From Candidatus Latescibacterota bacterium (GTDB lineage: Bacteria > Latescibacterota > UBA2968): a stretch of 64,000 nt of DNA. Below are positions 29,906-39,563 of this stretch, piece by piece; the stretch's first letter is position 1; every line of letters begins with the position of its first letter. The notes beneath the pieces are model-generated. The model had not been told where the DNA came from and ran no database searches. It was given only the letters and a program-made list of their open reading frames with translations. The stretch spans positions 1,408,001 through 1,472,000 of the forward strand of contig OZ241986.1 of NCBI GenBank assembly GCA_965204375.1. The letters run 5' to 3'. The translations under genes were made by a program, and so were the position numbers.

Positions 29906-31105
29906 ATGTCCACAGAAACCGCGCCATCTTTTCGTTCTGACTCAAGAGGGGCGCTTCGCCCTGTTTTTTATATTACTGCTGCACACATGGCGTTGGATTT
30001 TTACATGGTTCTCACGCCGCCATTGTGGGCTTTTTTTCAGAGTCATTTCAATCTCACGGTGGCGCAGTTTGCCTATTTGCCCACGGTGATTGTCTTTTGC
30101 GGTTCTATCACGCAGCCCTTTATGGGTTATTTTAGCGATGGACGCGATCGCATGGCTCTCGTTGCACTGGGGCTTTTTATTACGGGAATTTTTGTCTCTT
30201 GTATCGGCTTTGCGCCCTCCGCTTATATACTCGCTGTTTTTTTAATTTTCGCATCTTTTGGGTCCTCTCTTTTTCATCCCACCGCCGGAGGATTGGTTAC
30301 GGCTTTAACGCCGCGCCGGGCCAATCTATCTATGGCTATTTTTTTGACGGGGGGAACACTGGGGATGGCGCTCGCTTCGATTACCGGGACGCAAATTGTC
30401 GAGCGATACGGCATCCAATATCTGTGGCTTATTGTTATCCCCGTCTTGATTCTCGCGCCATTTATCCTGTGGCAGTCTCGAAAAGTCCCCGTGCATGAAC
30501 GCCGCGTAATCGCGGGCAAAATCGATTTCTCTGTTTTGAAAAAAACGCGTTCTTTATGGACGCTTTTTGCCATCAGTGTTTTGCGCTCTATTATTCACAC
30601 GGGTTTTGTCAGTTTTACAGCTATTCTGGGGGCGTCTCGCGGCTGGACTACGAGTGATATCGGCTGGGTTTTTTCCTGTTATTTGCTTTCCAGCACACTG
30701 GGGCGCATCACGGGCGGCTATCTGGCAGATCGCATGTCTCAGCGCAAACTCCTATCTTTTTCGTGTGCTTCATCCGCAATTTTTCACGCGGGGTTTTGTC
30801 TGACAGATGGGTACCTGGCACTCATTTCGTTTTTTGTGGCTGGGTATTTGTTCGACCTTGGTATTACGACGAATATCGCTCTGGCGCAACGCGCCTTGCC
30901 GCACAATACGAGTACGGCGACTGGATTGGTGATGGGTTTTTCCTGGGGCATGGCGGGCCTTGCGATGATCGGCGTGGGCAGTCTTGCGGAGTGGACCTCT
31001 ACTGCTACTGCGCTTACGGTTGTCTCCATGGTGCTTATCCCGGCTGCTCTTCTGGTTGCGTTGCTACCTTCTGAGTATGGTGAGGTGAGAAGTAAGAAAA
31101 AATAA
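29906..31105 (+). CDS. MFS transporter (Fsr-like)
   Basis: About 12 hydrophobic helices, QPFMGYFSD, FHP, GGYLADR. Confidence 0.88.
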   Translation: MSTETAPSFRSDSRGALRPVFYITAAHMALDFYMVLTPPLWAFFQSHFNLTVAQFAYLPTVIVFCGSITQPFMGYFSDGRDRMALVALGLFITGIFVSCIGFAPSAYILAVFLIFASFGSSLFHPTAGGLVTALTPRRANLSMAIFLTGGTLGMALASITGTQIVERYGIQYLWLIVIPVLILAPFILWQSRKVPVHERRVIAGKIDFSVLKKTRSLWTLFAISVLRSIIHTGFVSFTAILGASRGWTTSDIGWVFSCYLLSSTLGRITGGYLADRMSQRKLLSFSCASSAIFHAGFCLTDGYLALISFFVAGYLFDLGITTNIALAQRALPHNTSTATGLVMGFSWGMAGLAMIGVGSLAEWTSTATALTVVSMVLIPAALLVALLPSEYGEVRSKKK

Positions 31106-31179
31106 AAGGCGAGAGCGGGATGGCTCACACAAAGATACAGAGACACAAAGAAAGGGGAGAGGTTGGGGGTTGGGGACTG

Positions 31180-34100
31180 GTGCGTTGGGTGGTCGTTTCA
31201 CGTCTTACGTCTTACTTTTTACCGGTGTTTATCTGTGGTTGCTTTTTGCAAACAATTCACGCGCAGCCCGCGTATTCTCCCGGGCAGATTCTCGTCAAGT
31301 TTCGCAATGCAAAGCCAGCACTTGCACAATTCCGCGATCTATCTGAACGCCATGGTGTGACGGCGATTGAACCGCTTTTTACGCCGCGGAGTGCCAAGGC
31401 AGTTTATCCCCATCCATTGACGCATGTGTACCGCGTGAGTCTGTCAGGCGATCCAGGCGAAGCCGCAGCCGATTACGCATTGCGTCCCGATGTTGTGTAC
31501 GCACAGCCCAATTATTTGTTTACGCACCACCAGGTGCCCAATGACCCGCGCTACAGCGATCAGCGTAGCCTTCAGACTCTCGGTTGGGAGCTACTGCAAC
31601 AAAATCTCGGTCCTATTCGAGAACAGATCATTGTCGCGATCATTGATTCAGGCGTCGATTATAACCACGAAGACTTGCGCGATAATATATGGCATAATGC
31701 AGCAGAAGTGAACGGTGAGGCTGGCGTTGATGACGATGGGAATGGGTATATCGACGATATAAGAGGTTGGGATTTTACCCATGCACCCGGTCTGCCGGGG
31801 ATGGGGGATTATCTCAATCGCGATAACGATCCACAAGATGAATCGGCGCACGGTACGCGCGTTGCCGGCATTGTAGCAGCTACGGTGAATAACAATCGAG
31901 GTATTGCAGGTATTGCACCCAATGCACAGCTTATGGCCCTGCGGGCAGGTTTGAGACGGATTGGAGGCATTGGTTTTCTCGAAGAAGATGATATCGCGGC
32001 GGCTATTCTCTATGCTGTGGAAAATGGCGCGCATGTTATCAATATGAGTTTGGGAGGACCTGAGCGCACTTTTATCCTGGGCGATGTAATCCAATACGCG
32101 CACGCTCAGGGTGTTGTGCTCGTCGCCTCTGCGGGTAACTCAGGAGATGAGTTGGGGTATCCCGCGGGCAATCACTATACGATTGCTGTAGGTGCGGTAA
32201 ACCACTCCGACCGCCTGGCGGGTTTTAGCAGTACGGGCGCGTCGCTCGATCTGGTTGCGCCGGGTGTCAGTATTCTCAGCACACGTCTCAATAACCGCTA
32301 TGCTTCAGGCTCTGGTACTTCTTTTTCCGCGCCTCACATATCCGGTCTGGTTGCACTGATTCTCTCACGCCGGCCCGATCTTTCGCCTCATTCTGTGCGC
32401 AATTTGCTCCTCGCATCTGCAATTGATCTGGGCCCGCCGGGGCACGACAATGACTACGGCGCAGGGCGTGTGAGTGGCGCGCAACTCGCGGACCGCCTGA
32501 GTACTTTCGATTCGCTGACGGTTGCGATTCAATCTCCCGCCAATGACGAGGGGGAAGATACCGCGTTCGATATTCGCGCATCTGTTGCGGGCGCACAGGT
32601 CACGGGTTATCGCCTGTCTTATGGTATGGGATACAATCCACAAACATGGACACTTCTTACAGAGGGAACAGCTTCTCAGGACATTCGCTATACATGGGAT
32701 GTTTCTGAGTTTGCAAATTCTAACGCGGTTTTGCGACTCGAGGCAGATTTGTCGGATGGTGTGGTCGTGGAAGACCGCGTTCGCGTTGCCATTGAAAAAA
32801 TAGCACCTTCTATCACTGCACTTGTGTGTGGCGATGTATTGGAGGACGACCGCCGCGTTTTTGAATGTCGCTGGCGAACCGACCAGCGTGCATACGGGGG
32901 TATTGCTTATCGCTATGGCGCGGATTTTGATACTCTTTACACCGGCCTGGTGCAAAATAAACACCGCGTTGTTTTGCCCCATACATTGCCATCAGGTGTT
33001 GTGACATTTCACGTTTTGGCCGATGGAGAAAACAATATCCGCGCGGTGCATCCGGCACAGACAATTGATTATGTTCCTTTTCGAGTTCCGCAAAATGGAT
33101 TTGTGGAAAGGGGCACATTGCCCGATGGTTTTTTGCCCGATCGCGCGTCGGATTTCGACCGCGATGGCAGGCTGGAAATCGCGCTTATGCCATATCTTAC
33201 GGGCGATTCTTATGGACCAGTACATATTTACGAACGCCAGACGGATGATACATTTATCGATGAATTTCAAAGCGACGAGCGTTTTTTGCCCTGGGCAATT
33301 GGCGATATTACAAATGATGGGACCGATGATTTATTGGGCGTGACTTATGAGCGTCTTGTGCTTTTTACAGATAGCTTCTCCAATCCCTATCCCGCGCAGG
33401 TAGAATTTGAACAGCGCGGCACATGGGGCGGCGATTTTGCCGATGTGGATGGCGATAGCATTCCCGATATTATCGCTCGCGCAGGCGATCAGCGCGGTAT
33501 CCGCGTGATTCGCAATCTCGGCAGCGTGATCCGCGAGGAGGTGTTTCTCGTTGATCCCTCGGAAGGTGGTGGAGACCCCGGTCCGCGCTTTGTGGTTGCG
33601 GACTTTGACCGCGATGAACAGCGGGAAATTCTCGCTGGCGATGCCGATGGCGATCTCTGGATGTACGAATATCGCGCGGGAAGATACGTGCAGACCTGGT
33701 ACTTGCCGGGTGATGGGGATGCGCGCTGGATTGGCGGGGGTATGGATTTGGATGGCGATGGATCGGTCGAGTTTGCCGTTGCTCGCGCGTACACAGATGC
33801 GTATGAGGCTTCCAATGGTTTCTGGGAATTGGAGATTTACAGCATGCGTGCGCCCGATACTTATGAACGAGAGTGGACGACGCGGATTCACGGCGTGGCG
33901 ACCACGGGCAATGGGATTTCAGCGGGGGATGTCGATGGGGATGGCCTTGCTGATCTGATAGTATGTCTGCGCCCCGATCTCTACGCTTTTCGCGCTGAGA
34001 AACCCGATCACTATCGCCCGATCTGGCATACGCCAGTGGGTTTGATGCGCCGCGCGCTCATTGCGGATCTGGATAAAGATTTTCGCAACGAGGTGCTTTT

Positions 34101-34872
34101 TAATTTTGATGGCGCAGTTCATATTGTTGAACGCGACGAACCCCCAATCACAATGGGTTCGCCGCAAATTATACGCGCGCGGCCGCTGGGTCCATCCCGC
34201 GTTGAAATAGACTGGATGCAAGTGCCCGATGCATCTTCTTATCAGATTTATCGCGCTGTCGGCAATGGCGCGCTCGATTATTTTGATGAGATCAGCGACC
34301 GCACGGTATATATTGATTCCTTGCTGACCGAAGGCCAGATCTATCGCTACCAGATTGTCGCTGTGGCCGATGGGGACCTGCGTTCGGGTATTGTATCTCT
34401 TATGCCAAACCATGCACCAGAAGTCGTGCGTATTGAAACACTGTCGGAAAACCAGATTCAAATTTTTTTTTCGGAAGAGATGGGACCTGATGCGGCACTG
34501 CCGTCGAGTTATCTGCTCGGCGGTGTTGGGCAACCCACATCAGTGATTCTCGACAGGCAAAATACCCGCGCGGTTCTGTCTTTTGCCGTACCGTTTCCCC
34601 CTCGATATACGCTGACTATTCTCAATACATCCGATGCGAGCGGTACACCTCTTGGTCTGAAAACTATTTCAGATATTGTTGATCCGGGCCTTCTCGCGCG
34701 GGCCGATGTCGATGGCAGTGGCGTTGTCGATTTCGCAGATTTCCTATCTTTTGTCCGTGCATTTCAAACTTCTGATTCCACATTTGATTTTGACGGTGAT
34801 GGCATCGTCAACTTTCCCGATTTTCTCATCTTTGCCAATCTTTTTGGTCGCAAGGTTGGGGCTGGGGGCTAA
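31180..34872 (+). CDS. Secreted S8 subtilase with FG-GAP/VCBS repeats, FN3/Ig-like domains and a C-terminal twin EF-hand dockerin-like module
   Basis: IIDSG, HGTRVAG, ASAGN, GTSFSAPH; repeated DxDGDG; terminal DVDGSGVVDFADF...DFDGDGIVNFPDF. Start uncertain (31120 or 31180). Confidence 0.9.
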   Translation: MRWVVVSRLTSYFLPVFICGCFLQTIHAQPAYSPGQILVKFRNAKPALAQFRDLSERHGVTAIEPLFTPRSAKAVYPHPLTHVYRVSLSGDPGEAAADYALRPDVVYAQPNYLFTHHQVPNDPRYSDQRSLQTLGWELLQQNLGPIREQIIVAIIDSGVDYNHEDLRDNIWHNAAEVNGEAGVDDDGNGYIDDIRGWDFTHAPGLPGMGDYLNRDNDPQDESAHGTRVAGIVAATVNNNRGIAGIAPNAQLMALRAGLRRIGGIGFLEEDDIAAAILYAVENGAHVINMSLGGPERTFILGDVIQYAHAQGVVLVASAGNSGDELGYPAGNHYTIAVGAVNHSDRLAGFSSTGASLDLVAPGVSILSTRLNNRYASGSGTSFSAPHISGLVALILSRRPDLSPHSVRNLLLASAIDLGPPGHDNDYGAGRVSGAQLADRLSTFDSLTVAIQSPANDEGEDTAFDIRASVAGAQVTGYRLSYGMGYNPQTWTLLTEGTASQDIRYTWDVSEFANSNAVLRLEADLSDGVVVEDRVRVAIEKIAPSITALVCGDVLEDDRRVFECRWRTDQRAYGGIAYRYGADFDTLYTGLVQNKHRVVLPHTLPSGVVTFHVLADGENNIRAVHPAQTIDYVPFRVPQNGFVERGTLPDGFLPDRASDFDRDGRLEIALMPYLTGDSYGPVHIYERQTDDTFIDEFQSDERFLPWAIGDITNDGTDDLLGVTYERLVLFTDSFSNPYPAQVEFEQRGTWGGDFADVDGDSIPDIIARAGDQRGIRVIRNLGSVIREEVFLVDPSEGGGDPGPRFVVADFDRDEQREILAGDADGDLWMYEYRAGRYVQTWYLPGDGDARWIGGGMDLDGDGSVEFAVARAYTDAYEASNGFWELEIYSMRAPDTYEREWTTRIHGVATTGNGISAGDVDGDGLADLIVCLRPDLYAFRAEKPDHYRPIWHTPVGLMRRALIADLDKDFRNEVLFNFDGAVHIVERDEPPITMGSPQIIRARPLGPSRVEIDWMQVPDASSYQIYRAVGNGALDYFDEISDRTVYIDSLLTEGQIYRYQIVAVADGDLRSGIVSLMPNHAPEVVRIETLSENQIQIFFSEEMGPDAALPSSYLLGGVGQPTSVILDRQNTRAVLSFAVPFPPRYTLTILNTSDASGTPLGLKTISDIVDPGLLARADVDGSGVVDFADFLSFVRAFQTSDSTFDFDGDGIVNFPDFLIFANLFGRKVGAGG

Positions 34873-34876
34873 GGTT

Positions 34877-35521
34877 ATGAATATTGGTATTCCCAAACGC
34901 GCGTTTTTTCAGGTGGCTTTTCCCTGTGTGTTTCGCGCAGATGCCCCGGTGATTGATGGCGTCCTCAATGACTGGGATGCGACTTATTTGGTACCTGATT
35001 TAACCGGGGTTGAGGGCAAAAATCCCTTTGCCGATGTGTATATGGCCTGGCACGATACCGGATTGTTTTTCGCAGTTGATGTGAAAGGTGTCGGTGGGCG
35101 TGCGTCCGATGTTCGCAGTCCATTGCGCGGTGACGGACTTCAGGTGTGGATTGATACGCGCGATGTGCGTAATGCGCCTCGGGGAAGCCGTTACTGTCAT
35201 CATTTTTGTTTTTGGCCGGGAAAGGGCAAGGGGCGAGCCGGGGGAAGGCAGTTCCGTCTGCGACGGGCGAGAGCACATCCGAGATTGTGCGATCCCAAGC
35301 GTCTAAAGGTGGCTTCAAAAGTGCTCAAAACGGAGTATCGCCTGGAAGCCCATATTCCCGCTGCTGCAATGACCGGATTTGATCCCGATGAGAATAATCG
35401 GATCGGTTTTACTTATTTGTTGCGCGACAAAAATCTGGGGCGACAAGTTTGGACAGCAGAAGAGATTTTGCCCGTGTCTTATGATCCGAGTTTGTGGGGT
35501 ACGGCAGAATTGGTGAGGTAA
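34877..35521 (+). CDS. CBM9/DOMON-like domain protein
   Basis: PVIDGVLNDW, YMAWHDTGLFFAV, DGLQVWIDT, LEAHIP, IGF, PSLWG. Confidence 0.7.
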   Translation: MNIGIPKRAFFQVAFPCVFRADAPVIDGVLNDWDATYLVPDLTGVEGKNPFADVYMAWHDTGLFFAVDVKGVGGRASDVRSPLRGDGLQVWIDTRDVRNAPRGSRYCHHFCFWPGKGKGRAGGRQFRLRRARAHPRLCDPKRLKVASKVLKTEYRLEAHIPAAAMTGFDPDENNRIGFTYLLRDKNLGRQVWTAEEILPVSYDPSLWGTAELVR

Positions 35522-35618
35522 GTGTTAAAAGACGGGGAGGGAGTTTGTATTTCGCCAAAGAGTTTAGTATATTGGAAGTATTGAATAGGACAATGGATTT
35601 GTATTCGAGGTTGGTAGT

Positions 35619-36626
35619 ATGGCACAAGATAGCGAAATTTCTCAAGACCTCACCGCTCGCGTGGAGCGTTTGGAGTCGCTGTTGGCAATTAGTCGGTTGA
35701 TGAATGCGACGTCAAACCAGGGGCGGTTGATCAGTGGTATTGCGCATGAAATCTCTACGTATTTGGAGGCGGATCAGTGTTCGATTTTTTTTCACAACCG
35801 CCTGACGGATGAGCTTTATACGCATGTTGGGGCAGGAGTCGAAAAAGATACGCAGGTGCGAATCCCGAGCAATAGGGGTATCGCTGGACATGTGTTTAAG
35901 AGCGGCGATGTGAGAAATGTTTTAGATTCCTCCAAAGACCCTTTATTTCACAATGTGCTTGGGTATGAAACGCGTACCATGTTGGCCTTCCCGCTACACA
36001 ACAGACGCGGGGAGGTGATAGGCGTGCTGGAACTCCTGAACAAGCAAGGTGATCCTGAGTATTTTACAAAAGATGATGAGGATTTCCTGCACGAGGTAGC
36101 CGCACAAATCGGTGGGTTGGTCGATATGATGCTGCGGCGAGAGGAGATGGCCCACCGCAATGAGTTGCTCGAAGCGCAGATGGAGCGTCTGTCGGGATTT
36201 GAGCATCTGGTGGAAGACCGCACGGTTATCAATACTGTGTTTAAGTACAATCGCAAGATACACTATTGGGCCGGGTTCGTCGGTATGATTGTATTGGCTA
36301 TAATGTCTATTACTTCTCTGGTGATGGTGCGGTCTGATAATTTTCGGCAGATGATGCTGGATTTGCACACAGGGTCCCTTTTTGCGGGCTATAGCAATGC
36401 TTATATTTACACCGATATCGTTGCCTATGTTACGTTGACAATCTGTCTTTCTGGTTTTCTGATGTATGCTTATCCACCGCTAAATCGCTGGATGAGAGCT
36501 AAAAAGGACCGGCTTTCGCGGTTTATGATTCAGGCGGGGGTGCGTCAGCACAATCAAAATCGCCGGGTTCAGGAGGGATTGAGAAAAGTGTTGGGGGGCG
36601 GAGATAAGCCCTCTGGAAAAACTTGA
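35619..36626 (+). CDS. GAF domain fused to a PepSY-TM-like two-helix membrane domain
   Basis: GAF: GIAGHV, YETRTMLAFPL, GVLELLNK..FTKDDE; coiled coil; RKIHYWAG-TM, LHTG, TM-SGFLMY. Confidence 0.7.
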   Translation: MAQDSEISQDLTARVERLESLLAISRLMNATSNQGRLISGIAHEISTYLEADQCSIFFHNRLTDELYTHVGAGVEKDTQVRIPSNRGIAGHVFKSGDVRNVLDSSKDPLFHNVLGYETRTMLAFPLHNRRGEVIGVLELLNKQGDPEYFTKDDEDFLHEVAAQIGGLVDMMLRREEMAHRNELLEAQMERLSGFEHLVEDRTVINTVFKYNRKIHYWAGFVGMIVLAIMSITSLVMVRSDNFRQMMLDLHTGSLFAGYSNAYIYTDIVAYVTLTICLSGFLMYAYPPLNRWMRAKKDRLSRFMIQAGVRQHNQNRRVQEGLRKVLGGGDKPSGKT

Positions 36627-36694
36627 TTTTGTGTTGAGAAAAGTTTATTATCATGGCTCGCAATGTAAAATGAGAAAGGAAAGAGGAGGAATCA

Positions 36695-37138
36695 ATGCGC
36701 TATTTGAGGTTTATGGCTTTGGGTTCGGTAATTTTGGGGGTTGTGATGGCTGGTATCGCTGGCTGTGGTGGGGGTAACGAACAGTCGGACAATAATTTGC
36801 CTGTGAGACGTGCGAAGATGCGCGAAATTAAGTTGAGTACAGACCGGATTATGGTCGCGCTGAAAAACGAGACAGTTGATGGGGTTGCCGATGATGCGGA
36901 GAAGATCCAGGATGCGTTGAAAGCTGTAATTGATCTCTATCCGCCAGAACACGAAGAGAAATACACGATTTACAACCAGGCATCTCAAACACTGGCTTTG
37001 GGGATTGCATCGGCTGCCAAGGTGGGAAATGTCAAAGAGGCGAATAAGAAGTTCCGCGCCATGGTACCTTATTGCGGCAAATGCCACGAAGATTGTGCAT
37101 TTTTGCTGGCTCCTGCATTTCCCGAGTATGAAGAGTGA
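36695..37138 (+). CDS. Class II cytochrome c (cytochrome c'-like) lipoprotein
   Basis: Lipobox IAGC, helical body, single C-terminal CGKCH haem motif. Confidence 0.7.
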   Translation: MRYLRFMALGSVILGVVMAGIAGCGGGNEQSDNNLPVRRAKMREIKLSTDRIMVALKNETVDGVADDAEKIQDALKAVIDLYPPEHEEKYTIYNQASQTLALGIASAAKVGNVKEANKKFRAMVPYCGKCHEDCAFLLAPAFPEYEE

Positions 37139-37161
37139 GGCTATTGCCAATTTAGCAGATC

Positions 37162-37214
37162 AAAAGCACCGCTATTGAACGGGCAAGTGCGCGGATCAAT
37201 GCGGTGTTTTTTTT
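37162..37214 (+). terminator. Hairpin/terminator at the left edge of the AT-rich islet
   Basis: AAAAGCACCGCTATTGA...TCAATGCGGTG followed by a T run. Confidence 0.55.
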
Positions 37215-37224
37215 GAGGTTTCAA

Positions 37225-37926
37225 ATGTCGAAGTCGATCTACTGCATCAAAGATCCCAATATGCCCCATAAGTTCTTTTTTGGGATTAAACCATACGAAG
37301 ATAAATATTGGTCAGATTATGGGAGTATGCAACGTCCCATTGGACTAAAAGAAGACTTAGGCTGGCGTGAAAAACATCTTAAACAGCTTCTTCGCCAAGG
37401 CAACATCTGGCAAGATTTTCCTACAAAGGGCTATACTCTGGTAGGAGCCGAATTCGAACCGGGTGACGAAAAACAACGAGTTGATATCCTCTATATTCGC
37501 AAAGATGGAGGGTTATTGCCATGTGAACTTAAAATTGGTGGAGAATCGCTCGACCCTCATGGTCAGTTAATCCGATATATTGCCGATTTGCATTTTCAAG
37601 AGGTCGATCTCTCTTGGGTCCAAAAATACCATCGAAATTTTTTGGATAAGATTTCTGATGAGTTTGCCGAGCGTGTTCAACACTGCACATTTAATGAGTT
37701 CATCACTGATAATGGTATTGAAGATCGATTCGTTCGTGTTTTGCCGAGATCCGGGGTCATCATGGATGAGTTTTTCAAACCTCAACTTTTGAAGGCAGTC
37801 CGATACTTGAACGAATATTGTGGTTTTTCCATTCGTTTAATCCAGGTTGAGGCGTTTGTTGCGGATGAGTGGAACAAAGAAATGGAAGACTACCTGTTTC
37901 GTATAGATTTCACGGATGTTCAGTGA
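37225..37926 (+). CDS. PD-(D/E)XK nuclease-fold protein (NucS C-terminal/DUF91-like)
   Basis: REKHL, EF...RVDIL...CELK...GQLIRY. Confidence 0.65.
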   Translation: MSKSIYCIKDPNMPHKFFFGIKPYEDKYWSDYGSMQRPIGLKEDLGWREKHLKQLLRQGNIWQDFPTKGYTLVGAEFEPGDEKQRVDILYIRKDGGLLPCELKIGGESLDPHGQLIRYIADLHFQEVDLSWVQKYHRNFLDKISDEFAERVQHCTFNEFITDNGIEDRFVRVLPRSGVIMDEFFKPQLLKAVRYLNEYCGFSIRLIQVEAFVADEWNKEMEDYLFRIDFTDVQ

Positions 37927-37973
37927 ACCCGTTGATTTCAAAGCCCGGTATAACAAATGGTAAGGAAAATAAA

Positions 37974-38528
37974 ATGAATAGAGATCAAAAAACCAGTAAT
38001 GCTTCTGTTGGAAAAATTGATAAAGTCGAACCGGCACGAGAATTTCACAACTCAACAGGAGGCAAGTGGATACCTATTCTAAAAGCATTTAATCCTCTTG
38101 GTGCTATAGCCGAGTCCTACGCCAAAACTCTGGCGTATAAAATTGAGTCAAAGCGTCTTGAGGTAGAACTGACCAGAATAGAGGAACAAGCGAATATCGC
38201 ACACCACATGATTGATAATTCGTTTAAACTAAAAATGGAGGAACTTACACATAGAAGAATCACGCTTGTTGGCTTCTATGAAACAGTAAATGCAGAATTA
38301 CAAAGTCTTCACATAGAAAGGATGAAGGTTTTGGAGATGGCACAATTGGCTCAACAACAATCCTTTGAAAAAGGTTTATCCATAGAAGAGCGTCAAATGT
38401 ACAAAGAAATGGCAATCGAAATGACAAGAGAGTTGCCGCGTTTTGGTGATCAGGCCAATGCATCCCTCCAAAAACTTATCGATGCTCTTCCTCCTGTTGA
38501 AATTTCTCCCAAACTGCTGGAGGGGTAG
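37974..38528 (+). CDS. Hypothetical alpha-helical/coiled-coil protein
   Basis: Long ORF with RBS AAGGA, 3 bp from the next gene; no recognised motif. Confidence 0.65.
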   Translation: MNRDQKTSNASVGKIDKVEPAREFHNSTGGKWIPILKAFNPLGAIAESYAKTLAYKIESKRLEVELTRIEEQANIAHHMIDNSFKLKMEELTHRRITLVGFYETVNAELQSLHIERMKVLEMAQLAQQQSFEKGLSIEERQMYKEMAIEMTRELPRFGDQANASLQKLIDALPPVEISPKLLEG

Positions 38529-38531
38529 AAT

Positions 38532-39173
38532 ATGTGGTGGTTAATTCCTGTTGGGTATGGTGTGGCAGCACTTATCTATGGTGTGGTCTCAGAGAAGGAA
38601 CGAAAGGCACGTCAACGTTGGGAAGAAATGCTGTGGGATGTGGAACGAAGTATTGAGGAGCATCAAAGGAATATTGACGCACATGTTGTTCAGGCACAGT
38701 ATAGCTATAATTTTCAAGTTTTAGTGGATGAACATTATGCCTCTATGAAAACAGCGGATGCCGCATACAAACTTCTGGATGACGCTCGTAGTAGTGAAAA
38801 TGGCATGAACAAAATGTTAAAAGAAGCAAAAGACCAGAGAACACTTCTTCGAGAAAGACTAAAAGAAGCGAAAAAGATTAAAGACAAAGGGTTTATATTT
38901 TTTAAAAAAACGAGGGAGAAAAAGAACAAGGCACTAATACGTGATATTGAATTGCAGCTAAAAGAGATTCGTGAATTGCGGGAAAGCGTTTTTGAGGATA
39001 GAGACAAGGTGAAGGCGCAAAGAGCGTCATTCTTACAAGAGGTTCGAGGATTAAACAATCGCACAAGAGAATTGAAGGAATTGATACGAGATCAGTGTGG
39101 AACCAGAGGTTTAGACTGGTTCAATAGATTGGAAGAAAGAACGAGAAGAAAGCGTTTAGCAGACGGAAGATAA
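38532..39173 (+). CDS. Hypothetical coiled-coil protein with an N-terminal membrane anchor
   Basis: MWWLIPVGYGVAALIYGVV hydrophobic start, then a highly charged heptad-rich helix. Confidence 0.7.
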   Translation: MWWLIPVGYGVAALIYGVVSEKERKARQRWEEMLWDVERSIEEHQRNIDAHVVQAQYSYNFQVLVDEHYASMKTADAAYKLLDDARSSENGMNKMLKEAKDQRTLLRERLKEAKKIKDKGFIFFKKTREKKNKALIRDIELQLKEIRELRESVFEDRDKVKAQRASFLQEVRGLNNRTRELKELIRDQCGTRGLDWFNRLEERTRRKRLADGR

Positions 39174-39211
39174 AAAAATAAAGCTGTCCGAATTAGATTG
39201 AGTCAGAATGG

Positions 39212-39245
39212 AAAAAGCGTCCGCTCAAGTAGCCGACGCTTTTTG
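39212..39245. terminator. Bidirectional terminator
   Basis: AAAAAGCGTC...GACGCTTTTT between convergent genes. Confidence 0.7.
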
Positions 39246-39275
39246 TTATTTCGGTAGCTCTGCTTTAATTGCGGG

Positions 39276-39563
39276 TCAAGAAACTTGATGCATCTTTTTA
39301 TATTCATAGAGCACAGACCTGACAGTTGTTTCAATGTTTTTTCCCCGGCTCTGGTACCACTTAAAAGTGTCCTGATCCAGGGGGATAGAGAGCACGATTT
39401 GCGCTTGGGATAGAAATTTGTCATCTGTCGGTTGAGCGTCCGGGTCAGAGCGTGCGGCCTCTTCAATATCCGCTTCGGTCATTGATTCAACCCTCGCCAT
39501 ATCTGATTCGGTATCTTCAGGAAGACGATCCCGGGTATATCTCACGATATTTTCTTCTCTCAT
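39276..39563 (-). CDS. brnA: BrnA-like antitoxin
   Basis: MTEADIEEAARSDPDAQP, SIPLDQDTFKWYQSRG; overlaps brnT. Confidence 0.75.
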   Translation of the reverse strand: MREENIVRYTRDRLPEDTESDMARVESMTEADIEEAARSDPDAQPTDDKFLSQAQIVLSIPLDQDTFKWYQSRGKNIETTVRSVLYEYKKMHQVS

